Source of the DNA: Octopus bimaculoides
Taxonomy: Eukaryota
Length of the DNA stretch: 64,000 nt
Reading direction: 5' to 3'
NCBI RefSeq assembly: GCF_001194135.2
Contig: NC_068994.1
Coordinates: 39,101,799 to 39,165,798, forward strand
Shown: piece by piece, positions 50,426 through 64,000 of the stretch
Position numbering within the stretch: the stretch's first letter is position 1
Layout: the number at the start of each line of letters is the position of its first letter
Program-made: the position numbers and the translations under genes
The notes under the pieces: model-generated
The model's input: the letters and a program-made list of their open reading frames with translations, nothing else
The model's database searches: none
What the model was told of the DNA's origin: nothing

Positions 50426-52409
50426 GTTACTTTAATGTATACTTCAGCATATATGAAAGATTTGCTTACATGAAGTAATGAGGAATCAAGTAATTTCAGG
50501 AGCCCAGTCAGCTTCTTGATTATCTGTTAGTAAAGTGAATATGCAAAGCATATAGATTTCTTAGTTACCAAAAAATAGGATGGGCAACAAGTTGTGAATA
50601 CTAAGTCCTTCCTCAATGTAGAATGTATCACTCAACAAAGACTAGTGACCAACGGCCACTCAAGATAAATGTTAAATGAACACTGAGACATAGGACAATC
50701 TGAGGAAGGAGAATAAAAACCTATAAATCTCTTATCAAATGTGAGTTCAAAGAAGTTACATTTTACAAGAGATCTAGTTGACATGTATGAAAAGAGGTTC
50801 AAGCTGACATGTATTAACATTAGGTGGAGGGAATAGAGATTGGAAAATAAAATATTCCTATATAACTGGGAATTTTAGTGACATAACCATAGACTAAACA
50901 TGTGGATAGAGTATAGTTCCAGACAGATAAAAGGTGGTGCAGTGGTGGAATGTATAGCAGTTGGAGCCATTGAAGCTGAGAGAAGGTCTGGAAAGATTGG
51001 AAGGAAATGAGAAATAAGGAGCAGTATTTGATTATGAGAAGTGATACTAGAGGTCATGTATATGTAGAACAGGAGGAAACTGAAAGTAAGAGGTTTGTAG
51101 TGAGAAAGAGAGAGAGAGAGTCAGTTAGGCAAAATGCTTCTGATTGTAAGGCATCATACTAAAGAGAATCAAGACGTTGATGAGAAGAAATTTATACTAA
51201 ATGATAGTGGTGTAGTTGCAGTTAATGAGGTTGAGAAAAGACATAGAAGTATTACTAGAAGAAGAACAATTTCAAATATAGGAGCAAAACCTAGAACTGA
51301 GAGGCTTGAAAGTAGATCTAATAAGAATGACAATTTTTGTTATCAGGAAAGAAGATAGTACTCTATAGCTAACTGGGAAGTTGCTTGCTTGGTATGCAGA
51401 AAAAAAGCAGTTAGGAATTCCATTTAGTGTAACCAATGTACACCTTGGGTAAGATCACAGGCATCTTCTCAAAGAGGTCTGTGGTCTAACTACACCTTTA
51501 TCCTCTTGTAGTTGGAGTTAAGTTGTTTTACACAGTGTCTTCTGTGACAAGTAGAGGATTACAAGATATCTTTGCAGGGGTCTGTGATCCTCTGATAAAA
51601 AGGTATTCCAGATAAAACCATTAAGTTTTATTTTTGGTCTGTTATTGTCTACGTTATCTTAAGTGTTTATTTTAATAAAAACAATAGAGTTTGAGAAAAC
51701 TTTAATTGCTGTTTAATTTGAGAGAACTTTGATTGCTGTTTCTTACATGTTAAGTGAATCAACCCTATAGATGCTCTCTTATCGAATACATTTTGTCAGT
51801 GTTTCAATAACTGAATGACCTATAAGAACAGTAAGCAAAATAATCTGATTGGAAATAATTTTCTATAGTCTCAGAAAAGTGTATTTAATCACATTTATTG
51901 AACAGATGAACATGTTACAGACTGAATTTTTCTAGCACTGAGTTTTGTTTAAAATTGTTAATTAGGTGAAAATGTAACTAATCAACTAGGAAGATTTTTT
52001 AGTGTTTTTATATAAAGAGAGTCATTTTGCTCAAATCAATTGATATTTGCCAAAGTTAGGAAATGACAAAAAAATCAAGTGTTTCAAGATGGTACTCTGG
52101 CTATACTATTGCATTGTTCAATCTCAGAACTATAACACACTGCTGTTGTCCAGTAAATTGCTGTCATTTAATGAATCATTTTTTCCTTTTAGTACTCTAG
52201 TTACAACTACTTAAGACCTTTCCTAAAGATACACAACAGCAAAAATAAGAGATTATGCTTTTGGATATCTATAGCCAATTATAACTGTTTAATCTGCCAC
52301 AATGAGAGACCAGAATCCATTATTTACAATACAAAAGTACATGTCAAAAAGCTGAAATGACTAATTATATGTAATTAACAAAGTAAAAAGAAAAAAATAT
52401 AAATCTTAC

Positions 52410-54815
52410 CTGGTGTATTTCCTTGCTAGTTGCTTGGTATGGAATTCTGCTATTTAAATTTGTTCCATTCAGTGTCACTTTATAATTGGATAAATGTTGC
52501 CCTTTCTCCTCTTGAAGTTGGAGTAAGCTGTTTTGTTGAGTGTTTTCTCTGAGCAATGGAGGATTATAAGATATTTGTTCAGAAGTATTTTGTGTTTCTC
52601 TATCAACACTGAAGATTTTGTCTGAAGGATTGATTCTCTGTTTACTAGAAGTCTTTATCTTGTTGGTTTTCTTTACAACACATATTGTTATTGAAATCAC
52701 CATTATTACAGAACCTGACACCGCTGCTGCTATGATCATGAGAAATAAATTCATTTGAATTTTGAAATCTAACTCATTGGTTGCTATTGTCAACAAGGGG
52801 AATGTATGATTGCTAGCAACTAGAGTTAAAGATAGAGAAGTGGTTGTAGAGAGAATTGGAATCCCATTGTCTTTGACAACAAATAGAAGATTATACACTC
52901 CTGCCTCATTCTGATAAACATTTCGGGAAAAAGATAATACCCCTGTATAACAGTTCATTGTGAATAATTCTTTCTCATTCCCTTCTAATATTTCATATTT
53001 GAGAAACGCATTCTCTTTACTGTCTTTGTCATATGCTTTTAACTTAGTGACATCATTGTTATTTTGGGGCTGGAAATAGATATCTAGACTGAAAGGATTA
53101 ACACTAGGGAAAGTAAAATATGGAGCATTATCATTTTTATCCATAACTTCAACAATAACATCAACAGTATTATTTAGTCTTGGAGTCCCACTATCTTTAA
53201 CTAAAACCTGAAAGATGTATATATCTTTTTGTTCACGGTCAAGTGATTCTGTAGTTGATATAAATCCATAGTTTGTTATTTGAAAGGGAAGAGCAACATT
53301 ATTTTTTGAAAACAAGGAAAATGTTAACTGTCCACCTAGTCCCATATCTGGGTCAGTTGCATTGACAAATCCTACTGGAAAATTAGATTCTTCATTCTCG
53401 TATATCAAGAATTTGTAGGTTTCTTTGTTAAACTGTGGTATTACATCATTAATATCAGTTACTAAAACAGAGAACTCTTTCTCTGTTCTCAAACGTGGAA
53501 ACCCATTGTCTTCACAAATCACTTTAAAAGTAATATGACTTTCTTTTTCCTTATCAGCAAAACTTTTCAAAACCACTTTGTATTTTTTCTCACCTAGATT
53601 TTGAAGCTGAAATTTATCATGCTGGAGAGTGCAGGTAACTTTTCCATTTTGTCCAGTATCAGTATCAGAAATCTTTACATATGCAATAAAACTACCAATT
53701 TTAGTATTTTCTAATATGGTCGCCATATTGTTAGAAGATTTGGAAACGAAATTCATATCAATAATGGGAGGATTATTTCGCTGGTTGACAACATTGACAA
53801 GTATCATAGCGATAGAAGACAGAGGAGGGTTTCCTCCATCTGTAGCTTCAACGTACAATTCATATGTTTGACGCTTCTTGAAAGGGAAATTTTCACAAAG
53901 AAATATTTCCCCAGTTATTTCATTTAACTGAAAATGTGATTTTGTCATTTCTGAAGTCTTTGAGCTGAAGTGATACATAACCTTACCATTTTCACCAGTG
54001 TCAAGATCCTCTGCATCTAAATCCATTACAGCTTTATTTACTTTATATTTGCAATTAATAGATATATTATAAACATCTTGAGAAAAAAGTGGCAAATTAT
54101 CATTTATGTCTAAGACAGATACATAAACTTTTAAGATACCATGTTTAGATGGCTTTCCTCCATCCTTAGCAATTATTTGAAAATAATAATGATCTTTAAT
54201 TTCTCTATCTAATTCAGTTTCTAAAGTTATTCCAACTGAATATGAACCATCTACTCTTTCAGAAACAACCATTATGAAAGGCACCTTATTGTTAGACAAT
54301 AATTTATATGTTATCCTGGAATTTTCTTCACTGATGTCTTCATCAATGGCATTTGGAATTGATAAAGTAGTTCCTTTTTTATCCCCTTCAGAAAACTCAA
54401 GAGTTATTTGTTTTACTGGAAACACAGGTTGATGATCATTGATGTCTTCCACAACTACTTTGATCTCTAAAATTCGAACAAATATTTCTCTCTTCTGCAT
54501 GGCAACATCTACCATTCTGAAACACATTTTTTTATATTTACAAAGTGTTTCTGCATCTAGAGTTTGGATTACATAGAATTTCCCATCTTCTGAAATATTA
54601 AACAATTGCGAGGCATTTTCTTTGTCTTTTTGTAGCTGATTGAATCTGATTAAATGGCGTTCCTCAGATTTAATCTTTTCTATCATATGTGTGTCAACTG
54701 CAATGTCTCCAATATATGAACTTGGCATATTTCCTTCCTTAATGTGGTATGTAAAATCAACACTCAAACAGTAGCTATATACATATAGCAATATTGTACA
54801 GAAAAGTGCAAACAT
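52410..54815 (-). CDS. PCDH: Protocadherin exon 1 (signal peptide, 6 cadherin repeats, TM, proximal cytoplasmic region; 802 codons)
   Basis: ORF 52365..54815 starts at ATG 54815. It has signal peptide MFALFCTILLYVYSYCLS, EC1 LDAETLCKYKKMC (C-x5-C typical of protocadherins), DINDHQPVF, LDRE, DINDNLPLF, DINDVIPQF, SLDRE, DKNDNAPYF, then hydrophobic TM LFLMIIAAAVSGSVIMVISITICVV followed by KKTNK. Splice donor CAG|GTAAGA at 52410/52409 (phase 0), so the last 14 aa of the listed ORF are intronic. Symbol is family-level only. Confidence 0.97.
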
Positions 54816-56400
54816 AATTTCAACTAAATTCCTTTGATTTTTGAATTCAAGTTGTTAAATATTGACAAAAAAAACATAAATGAATAAACAAACCTTAGCT
54901 ATAAACTGACTTAAGTGTTTTTGCCTGCCCAGTCACCTGTATTACTAGTTAAACAAATGCTATGAACAGAGGAAGTTGTTATAGTAGCAAATGAAACTAA
55001 TAACAATTGCAAATTATTCAGTTCGAGGAAGAATACGGAATATTTGTATATCTTTTCCAGTTAATAACATCACAAGGAAGAGAAGTTAATGATATTTTGA
55101 AGTGAATGGCTATTACATTCTATATTTATATTGCAAATATATATACCTATATATCTTTACACATCACAACAGTGGTTGACAGATTCCTTAATTCATTTTA
55201 TTTTTGTCTTTGGTGACACTGAAAATTTCCCCAGTGTTCTGCTGGTAGTTTCATGTTCACTGGAAGAGAGAATAACTGGCAAAAATACTAAGAAAACAAT
55301 TTTTTTATTGCTTTACATTTTTTTTAATTTCTTAAAATTTTCCATTTTATTTTTTATTGGACAGAATTGATAAAATTGAATTTAATATTCTTTATGTAAT
55401 TTTTATCTTAAACAGCAGTTAACTCCACATGTTTTTGTTACTGTTATTTTTCTTTTTTTTCTTTTTTTTTTTCTCTTTTAATTGGCTCAGTATCTCTTAT
55501 ACTGGATTGTTCTTCACGATCAGAAATTGAAAAGGTTACATTAATTATTTTGTGGACAGGTTTCATTTACGAGTTCACATAGCAATCATATTAAAAAATA
55601 GATATTACATTCTTTCTTTTAATACATCATAGCTTTAATAATCTTAGCAGATTACTGAAAATAAGAGTAATTGTTTTATGGTGGGTTTCTCAATAACATT
55701 AAACTTTTGCTTGTTTTGTATTTTTTTAACCATTTTCCAACACCTAGAATTCTAAGAGTTTCTAATACACTACACAATATCAGCTAAACAATGTTTACAT
55801 CATTCAACAATGTTAAAAAGTGTATAAAATTGGTATATTAGTTTCAAAGATAGACAAACCTCATAAACTTTGATTAAAACAGATAAAAATACTTTTAAAA
55901 ATACAAGGAAGGAAAGATCAAGTCATGAAATGGTAATAAAGGAGTGGTTTGTTTTAGGTTATTAACTATATATATATGTATATATGTATGTATCTTTACA
56001 TATATATACATATATATATACATACACACACAAATATATTTATATATATATATACACACACACATATATATATATACATNNNNNNNNNNATACATATATA
56101 CATATATATATACATACACACACAAATATATTTATATATATATATACACACACACATATATATATATACATACATATATATAATATAAAAATATATGCAA
56201 TATATATTATATATATAATATATAAATTATATATTCTAAATATTATATATAACATACAAAATATATGTATATTATATAATAGATATCATTCATATGATAC
56301 ATATTATGTAATATCTATTATAGATAAATACATATATTCTATATTAATATATATATTATATGCATTAAATACAGAATTAACATATTTTGCAAATAACATA

Positions 56401-56471
<71 letters not shown>

Positions 56472-57604
56472 AAGTATATATATATATATATATATAATTA
56501 TTTATTACATATATTATGTATATATTGAATATATATATATAAACATATATGTGTATATTTATATATATATATATACATACACACATGTGCGTATGTGTGT
56601 ATAAGGTTATGTCAAATGGAAATATGAGTATAGATCAAATACACACACATCAGTATAGGTCAAGTTAACTGTGGGTTTGATCAAAACTGTAGGAAGATAC
56701 CTAATTGAATATGAATTCTTTGAGAAGTTATAAACTAATAAAATATATCGCAGATCATACTTTCAGAAATGAAAAAAAAAAGCATATGAATCCGACTAAT
56801 AATGCAATGATACAAAATATTATTTTTACCAGACATATAACAATGTGTTAACACAGTTTTCTTTTACAGTACATAAATATATATTGGAATTTTTTCTTTC
56901 CATTATTTGCATAACCCTTGGATTTTGTTATCATTTCAAAGTAAAATAGTTTATATTTTTAAAAGAATATTCACAATTTGGTTTTAAAGTGCTTACTTTA
57001 GAATGAATTAAATATGTTAAAGGACTCCTTGTGTTTACTCACTTTTATGATAATTTTCCTTTTGTGACAGCTGTAGATCTTACATTTATGTTGTGCTGTT
57101 ACTGCTGTAGTAGCTTGCACTAGCAGTACTAAGCCCTTTGATCTGTGTTTGGAGATGGGAATGTTAGAATGAAAGAAAAAAAAAAGGAAAAGAAAGATAG
57201 ATAGAGGGGTTGAAATATGAAGAGAAAGAAAGAAGAGAAAGAGAGAGATGGTGAGGAACAGCAGAAATAAAATACTATAGAACTGGTATAAAGTATCATG
57301 TTATTTAGCAGCCAATAGCTAGCTATTTACTGATCACATTGTGGGGATGAGGGTGGAGAAAACATGCATCAATATCTCTGCAATTGCAACTAGCAACCAG
57401 AAGTTGAATTATAGTTTAAAACTCTACTCAAATAATGATTGTGGGGAAGCTCACATATCAACGAAACAGAGTTCCTCACTTTCTTACAGGCAATTATAGC
57501 CAATATTGAATTCACTGACAAATAAATTTTGCTGATGTAAGACAAAATGCAAAATAAAATGCTTGAAACTAAATTTCTTTTTTTAGATAAAATTAATAAA
57601 TAAT

Positions 57605-57770
57605 CACTTCCAATACAGGTACAAGGCCAGAGATTTGGGGCAAGTGTTTAACTGGTGCACTAAACATTTTCAACTCAGGAAGGATGAAAGGCAAACTTGA
57701 CTTTGGTAGGGTTTAAACTCAAAACATAAAGGACCAAAAGGAAATACTGCAAGGTATTTTGTCCCACATT
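57605..57770 (-). mobile_element. Decayed SINE family B
   Basis: ggaaggatgaaaggcaaacttgactttggtagggtttaaactcaaaacataaag. Confidence 0.6.
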
Positions 57771-59899
57771 TTTATTATACTATCAACCAACCAACCAAAC
57801 CATTTATAATAATTATGATAATAATAACAACAACAATAACAAAAATAACGATAGTAGTATTTTTGATTTTAAAAATTTGGAACAAAGTAGTGGTGGTGAT
57901 GGTGGTGTTGGGGTAGTGGCGGGTCAATAAATGGAATAAATCACACTATCTTACTGATATATATTTTCTCACTTTTGGAAGAATGGAAAGTAGTCAAACT
58001 TGGATACAATTTGAACCTAGAGACTCTGAACTAGATATCATCAAATATTTAGTCTGATTCTTTACCATTATTTTTCAGTCATCATAATTATCCTATTTAT
58101 TGTTGTCTTATTAATGGTAAGCATAATTTGTTTTGCTGGAGCCTTACTGTAATTCTAGAGTTAATTTGATTTTAAGAATGTGGGAATTTCCTCGGAGAGA
58201 TATATTCTGAACCTCACCTATGCAAGATTTTCCCAACAGTTTGATTTTCAGATGACATTTTTGTACTCTGTTCCACAAATAACACTCCTGAAATAACTGG
58301 GGCTGTTCTTATGTCTATATTCCACATTCTTCGATCTCTCTCAATCTCCACATCTTCCTTTAGACTTTGAAAGTTCTTCAATCTCCATTTTGTTTTTACC
58401 CAAGTTTTTAGAATCTATAATTATTATTATTATTATTAGCGTTATTCTGGTAGTGAAGCTGATAACAGATAACAAAAACAACACACATCAAAACAACAAC
58501 AATAATAATAACAATAAAGGCAAGAGAGTGTCTAGTCAAAGTATTTGCTTGTTTTTGTTAACTGACATTTATGTTACAGAATCTACTTATTTAAGAACTT
58601 TCTCTTCATTATGTTCTCAAATCTGAGTGTAATATGAATAAATCAGGTTAATCATTGCATTTCAGTGAAGAATTGCTTGTAAAATAACAGAATCACATTT
58701 CTCTTTCAGTGATCAATACAACTAGAATCATTTATTGATTTCACTCTTAGTATTGTAGAAGACTTTTGTTTCATTTTTTTCAGTAGTCCATTATGTTTTT
58801 TGTGAGTGGTGTATTGTTTTGTTTAATATTTTTAAAACTCCTTATGGTTCCTTGGATTACCCTATCACTTGACAGCTTTCTTCTTTTCTTTTTCTTTTTT
58901 TTGACTTACTATTAATTGTACATCACATTAATTGTGGAGCTTGTAAAACAACAGTTGCGATATTTAATCTTGTATCTCTATTTTAAAGAAAAAAATAATA
59001 ATGTTATATTTAACATCTTTAAAAGAGGATAAATTGACTATACATATACAATAACTGTCAGGGTCCCTTGTACACATATGCTCTCACGTATACATTTATG
59101 CAAGCATCCATAATAAATATCTATTCTTTATTTCTCATACTAACTTCAATCATTGGTGACTGAAATCATACTTTGAGGTACTGCTTTTAAGGGTATAATC
59201 AATTACATCAACCCAGGAACTTATTCTGTTGACCTTGGTGGGATGAATGTGGAATTTTGAGTGATTAAATTTTGGATGTAACTAAACACCAGAAAATCTT
59301 GCCTTAGGGTCTCTATTCTGTTATCCATATGTTTATGTGTGTATACACATATATACATGCATACCCACACACACGCAAACATACACGTGCACACATACAA
59401 ACACACAATTTTCTTACATATGAAATTTAGAAACATATGTAAGAAAACAGGTTAGATACCAAATTTTTACATACATTTTATGATTTGTTCTATAATAGTT
59501 TTGCTGTTAAAAAACATATGTAAAAATTCCATGTATAAATCTATACATATTCAAACATTTTCATTATATATGTACATATTTTGTCACAATAATAGGAATG
59601 AGATGGGTAGTTTAGCCTTTCAAGGTACTGCAGATAAAAAAAGAAAGCCTTGAGGGTGCTAACCATTAAGCTTATCTATGATGCTGTTACAATGTCAGTG
59701 CTCACTCAAAGAAGGAACCTTAAGAACTGCATAATTTGCTTTATTATAACTTACTGAGTTTGAAATACATATAAGCCTGGAGAAAGCTATTGATGACAGT
59801 ACAAGATAAGACCTGTATACCATGAACAGCTTTATGTTACATTGAAACGCTATTATCAGGTCAAGAATTCTGAATAATGAGATAGTTACATGTATATGA

Positions 59900-60300
59900 A
59901 AGACAGAGGCATGTTTTACCTTTTTGAAAGTTATGTAGTCATATATGAGACAATTAAAATCTTTCTATTAATGTCAAATTCAAGTTTCAAGTGGCCTAAC
60001 TTCTTACCATACAGCAAAGGCTTTAGATTACAAACTGCAGTGAGAGGTATTGGCTTAATACATTTCCACTTCAGCTGTCATTGAGAAATCTTTAATCTCA
60101 TTCAGAAGGACTATGTATCAAGCATGCAAATATTCAAGATCATGAGCACTTCAGATAACTGTAACTGTTATATCTCTCTTGTCTATATTAAATATAAGAT
60201 GAACATTTGCCAATGGCCATAGTTTGTATTGGTAGTTCTCAACTGCTTGGTTTACCTTACACCTTATGGTTATAGTGAGTGCCACCACAGCTTCAACTCA
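59900..60300 (+). mobile_element. Possible Gypsy RNase H remnant
   Basis: PYSKGFRLQTAVRGIG resembles PDYSKPFxLQTDASxxGIG; otherwise unrecognisable. Confidence 0.25.
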
Positions 60301-61869
60301 GTTTGCAGAAAATGTTATTTCAGTTACAGATTTGAAAATTAGAGCTATATTGTATAGCTCACTAATATTTGCAATATACAAACATTGGGACTCAAATCAG
60401 CTGAAAAAAATATGATCGAGTAAGATTTCAATTATTTCGGCATTAATCATTGTAAAGGTGAAGCTACAGTTGTGGAAAAGCAAGCTGACATAGAGAAAAT
60501 TATACAGTGAACGTGATAAGTGCATTGAAGCTACACAACAGTTTCGATTTCAGACATGACAGGACAAGCAATAATAATGATAATTTATGTGATGCACACA
60601 CACACACACACACAGGCATAGTGTTTGTCTGTGTATGTATATTTATGTTTTATGCAAATTCACAAACAATAATATAAAGCTTTTTTTTTTAAATATAAAT
60701 CAAAGTATTTCTATAAGTTATAAATTAATTGAAACATCTTGAAAGAAAAATTGCTGCCACACTATTTCATTTACTTACCAAACTATTTACTAATTACCAG
60801 TTTGTGAGAAAAACATTGCTGTTTTTGAAAACACTAAGTGATGAGTTTCTTTACTTGCATCAAGTTGAAAACAAAAACTTTAAAAAGTCCAAACATTGAT
60901 ATCAGATAGAACCTTGCTAGCTGTTTCATTTCATATCAGGCTAATATATACATCTGAAACTAAACTTTTAAACATATACCATCATTGTAAGTTATAATAT
61001 GATATGGCTGTTTACAGTATTAGTTGTGACATTACTTCAAGACAAAGATTACCTTAGACAAAAACCTTTTCTATTGAATCAATTAAAATAACTACTAAGT
61101 GATAAGACAACAAACAAGAGCATGTAGCAACAATTAGAAGTTTTCTTACTCTGGAGGTTACAAATAGTGCCTTCTTATTCTTCCATTTCCAAAATAATAA
61201 AAAAACGCAATGAAAGAGATGCTTTGTGCTGAACACTAGCCAATCTGCTTTTGCCATTGGTCCTTATCAATAACAAGGTTAATATTGCATCTATCTCAGC
61301 ATTAAATTGTAAAATTTGTCTTTTGGATGATACAGAACGTCGTCTGTGTCCTCCAACACAGTAAGATTCTGTAGCTTGATTTTTGTGATTCAAAAAGGAT
61401 AGCTAGCAATATATTTGACCTTCTCAATGCACGTCCAATCAAAATTATTCTATCGACTTACATATGAAGTAACACAACAAAATAACAAACTAATATGATA
61501 GAAAATCTCAAATACAAACTATCAAGGAAAGTTGTTCATTCAAAGATAACCAACAAGTTCAAGAACAGATTTGATAAATATTGAAACAACATTAAACTTG
61601 AAATGGAAAACAAGAACATTTGCAGTAAATCAGCATTTATAGGCATTCACTATTAGACATAATACAGATGTATAGCAAACTAAGAGTATATAAACTGATT
61701 TCGATTAAAGCCTGCAATCAATTAACTTTAGTTTATATCAGTCTTATCAACACTTGTAAAAAAAATTGAACGTCACAAATTCCTGTAATTTCCAGCCCAA
61801 TAAATTTGTGTTTGGGACTAATTAACACAAAGAACAATCAATTATATGTAAGTATGTACATACATACAT

Positions 61870-61900
<31 letters not shown>

Positions 61901-62399
61901 AATATACTTGAAACTACTATCATGCTTTATACATTGAATTGTATATTATATAACATGCTTATTTGTGCACGTATATGTGTATATATGTGTTTGTATATGC
62001 ATACAATGTGAAACAAAAGAACCTGCATATCCCTGGCAGCATGAATATTGCTCTATATTATTGGGGAACGCAATATTGTTGAAATGTGTCTAAATCATTA
62101 TGATCTCCTGTCCCTGGCTAATGGCGGGAATGCACTTTAGTGCAAGCTCTATGTAAAAATATATCTGATTATAGATACATACATGCACAGACACATGCAC
62201 ATATCCACACACAGGCTAACACTTCTTTCTGGGTAGTGATTGGCACCCCTTCCCACTACATACATGAATCTGTTATCTCAGCTCTCTGCTAATACATCTT
62301 TCTTGTCCACCCTGTATTTCAGCTGCTGTCCTAAATGCTATGTCTGCTCTTAAGAAGGATCCAGTCTCTCCATTGCTCATGTCTCTCTTGCATGGATAT

Positions 62400-63850
62400 C
62401 AATGATAAAGACTTCCAATTGCTCAGAAGTCTCTCTCTACTCAAGACTTCTAAGTGTGTTTATAGTCAATACCGCTCTCCAAACTTTCACAGCCAATAGC
62501 AGTTATTTGACCATCCTGCATTGAAAATATCAGTCTGCACACAATTCTGCCTGAAGTCATCCTTGTTAGTGATTTAAATGCACACAACTTCTTTTCTTCT
62601 CCATTTCTCTCCACTCTTTTCACACCAGTGTTGATGGTGTGGAAGACAAATCATTTTCCACCTTGAACTGAACTGTCTGTACAACTTAGTCTCCTCATGT
62701 ACCCGTAATTGAGGCCTAGCCACCAACTCATCATATACATTAACCCCTTTCTCTCCTCTAAACCCAATCCTTTTTTTTTTACCCTGCCAACACAGACTCT
62801 TCTCTCATTAAGAAGATTATCTGATCACTGCCTAATCAAGGCAATCCCTTTCACACCATCTTATAATACATCAGCCCTGCCTCCAGTACATTTTGTCAAC
62901 TAACAATCTTGTTGTAGACCTACCAGTGTCACTCTGACTTCCCTTGGCAGTAAATATGTGCTTCCCTTTGATGCAGACAAGACAACAGAGAGAGAGAGAG
63001 AGAGACAGACAGAGATATTATAATTATATATATAGAGAGCAAGACAGACAGACTAACGCAAACCTTCTCCTAGGTATAATCTCTAAGATCCATCATACAG
63101 CCAAAGCTCACAACTTCCCACAAGAGTAGTTCAAATGCCGAATCAATGCAGCTGCACAGAAAAGGAACTCTTCCTACAGCATCTGAAGAAATTCAACAAT
63201 AATCACTTACTAGGATGTCACCCACATCGAAAAACAGATATGACAACCAATGTTCCACCAAAGCTTTAGTTGTGAGCATGTGTAGAAATTTGCTTTTGGT
63301 GCAAATTTTGCTTCCTTTTTTTTTTTCGTATAGCATGTGCTTATCCATGTGAGCAGCCATTGCTTAAATACTATATTGACTGTTTAAGCAAATACAAACC
63401 ATATTTTAAGTGTTTTACTGAAGATTTTATTATTAACTTACAATGATTAATTTCTTAATTAAAAGTATTCAATTTCACCTTCAAGTACATGGAATACAAG
63501 GAACATTGACAATGGCTATTTTCACCAAATTCTTCTTGCTTCTTCTCACTTTACAGCTATTTACCCCCAATTTATGGAAACATGACAATATGTCCTATCT
63601 ATAAGGACAACCAACTTCTCTGATTTTGACAACTACTGATATATCATGATATTTTCTGTCATACCAAAAGGTGATGGAAACAGTTGTCAACAAACTTCTT
63701 TATCACTTTGAATGTTTTTTTCTCTCTCACTAACCACCAAAACGGTTCTTCCCAGTGCTACAGCCTTCTAGGAATCCCCTCCCTGCCTACAAGTATCGAC
63801 TGCAGAAGTTCGTGGTGAATATCAATCACATTAATGCATTCACCTCACCA
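62400..63850 (+). mobile_element. CR1/L2/Jockey-superfamily LINE remnant (APE end + RT start)
   Basis: LSDHCLI (APE SDH motif, ORF 62709..62903); WKH…CPIYK; …SKVMETVVNK-like segment; LTNHQNG (like LSDHQYGF); split by an (AG)n tract. Confidence 0.65.
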
Positions 63851-64000
63851 ATCTGAGTAAGCCTACAATGATTCCACCGTTTATTTATGGACAGCATAAA
63901 TAAATAAAAATAAAAACAAAAATATAAACACATTCACATAGAAATATAAACATCATACATACATACATGCATTCATTTATGAATATACACATACACAATC

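Larger units (their letters stand above)
31410..54815 (-). other. PCDH: Full protocadherin gene model join(52410-54815, 38068-38221, 31410-31675), 941 aa; introns 14,188 nt and 6,392 nt
   Basis: 2406+154+266 = 2826 nt = 942 codons including stop; both introns GT-AG; frame continuous. Confidence 0.82.

Noticed and set aside
52365-52409. C-terminal VRFIFFSFYFVNYI of the 816-aa ORF
   Set aside because: Lies after a consensus CAG|GTAAGA donor; it is T-rich intron read-through.

Overview
AT-rich, microsatellite-dense eukaryotic genomic DNA from a gapped assembly (six N-runs). The repeats and the protocadherin type point to a coleoid cephalopod, probably Octopus (inference, not proven). The only supported protein-coding gene is a minus-strand, 6-EC protocadherin. 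Its large first exon (54815-52410) is in the ORF track. I reconstructed two cytoplasmic exons by hand (38221-38068 and 31675-31410) with canonical, phase-compatible splice sites, giving a 941-aa protein. The reconstructed tail carries YEEL, a WIRS-like FSSFSK and a class-I SH3 ligand KPLPALP. The rest of the window is decayed transposable elements: tRNA-derived SINEs (at least 3 families, one nested insertion), RTE and CR1/Jockey-type LINE remnants, mariner, maT-like, pogo/Tigger and hAT remnants, a complete-ended 1.38-kb gag-only Gypsy-type LTR element, and Penelope-like fold-back repeats carrying decayed minimal hammerhead ribozymes. Two long hairpins flank protocadherin exon 2. Almost all other ORFs in the track are microsatellite or N-gap artefacts. 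All alignments and identities were done by eye; repeat boundaries are approximate unless a TSD or TIR is given.
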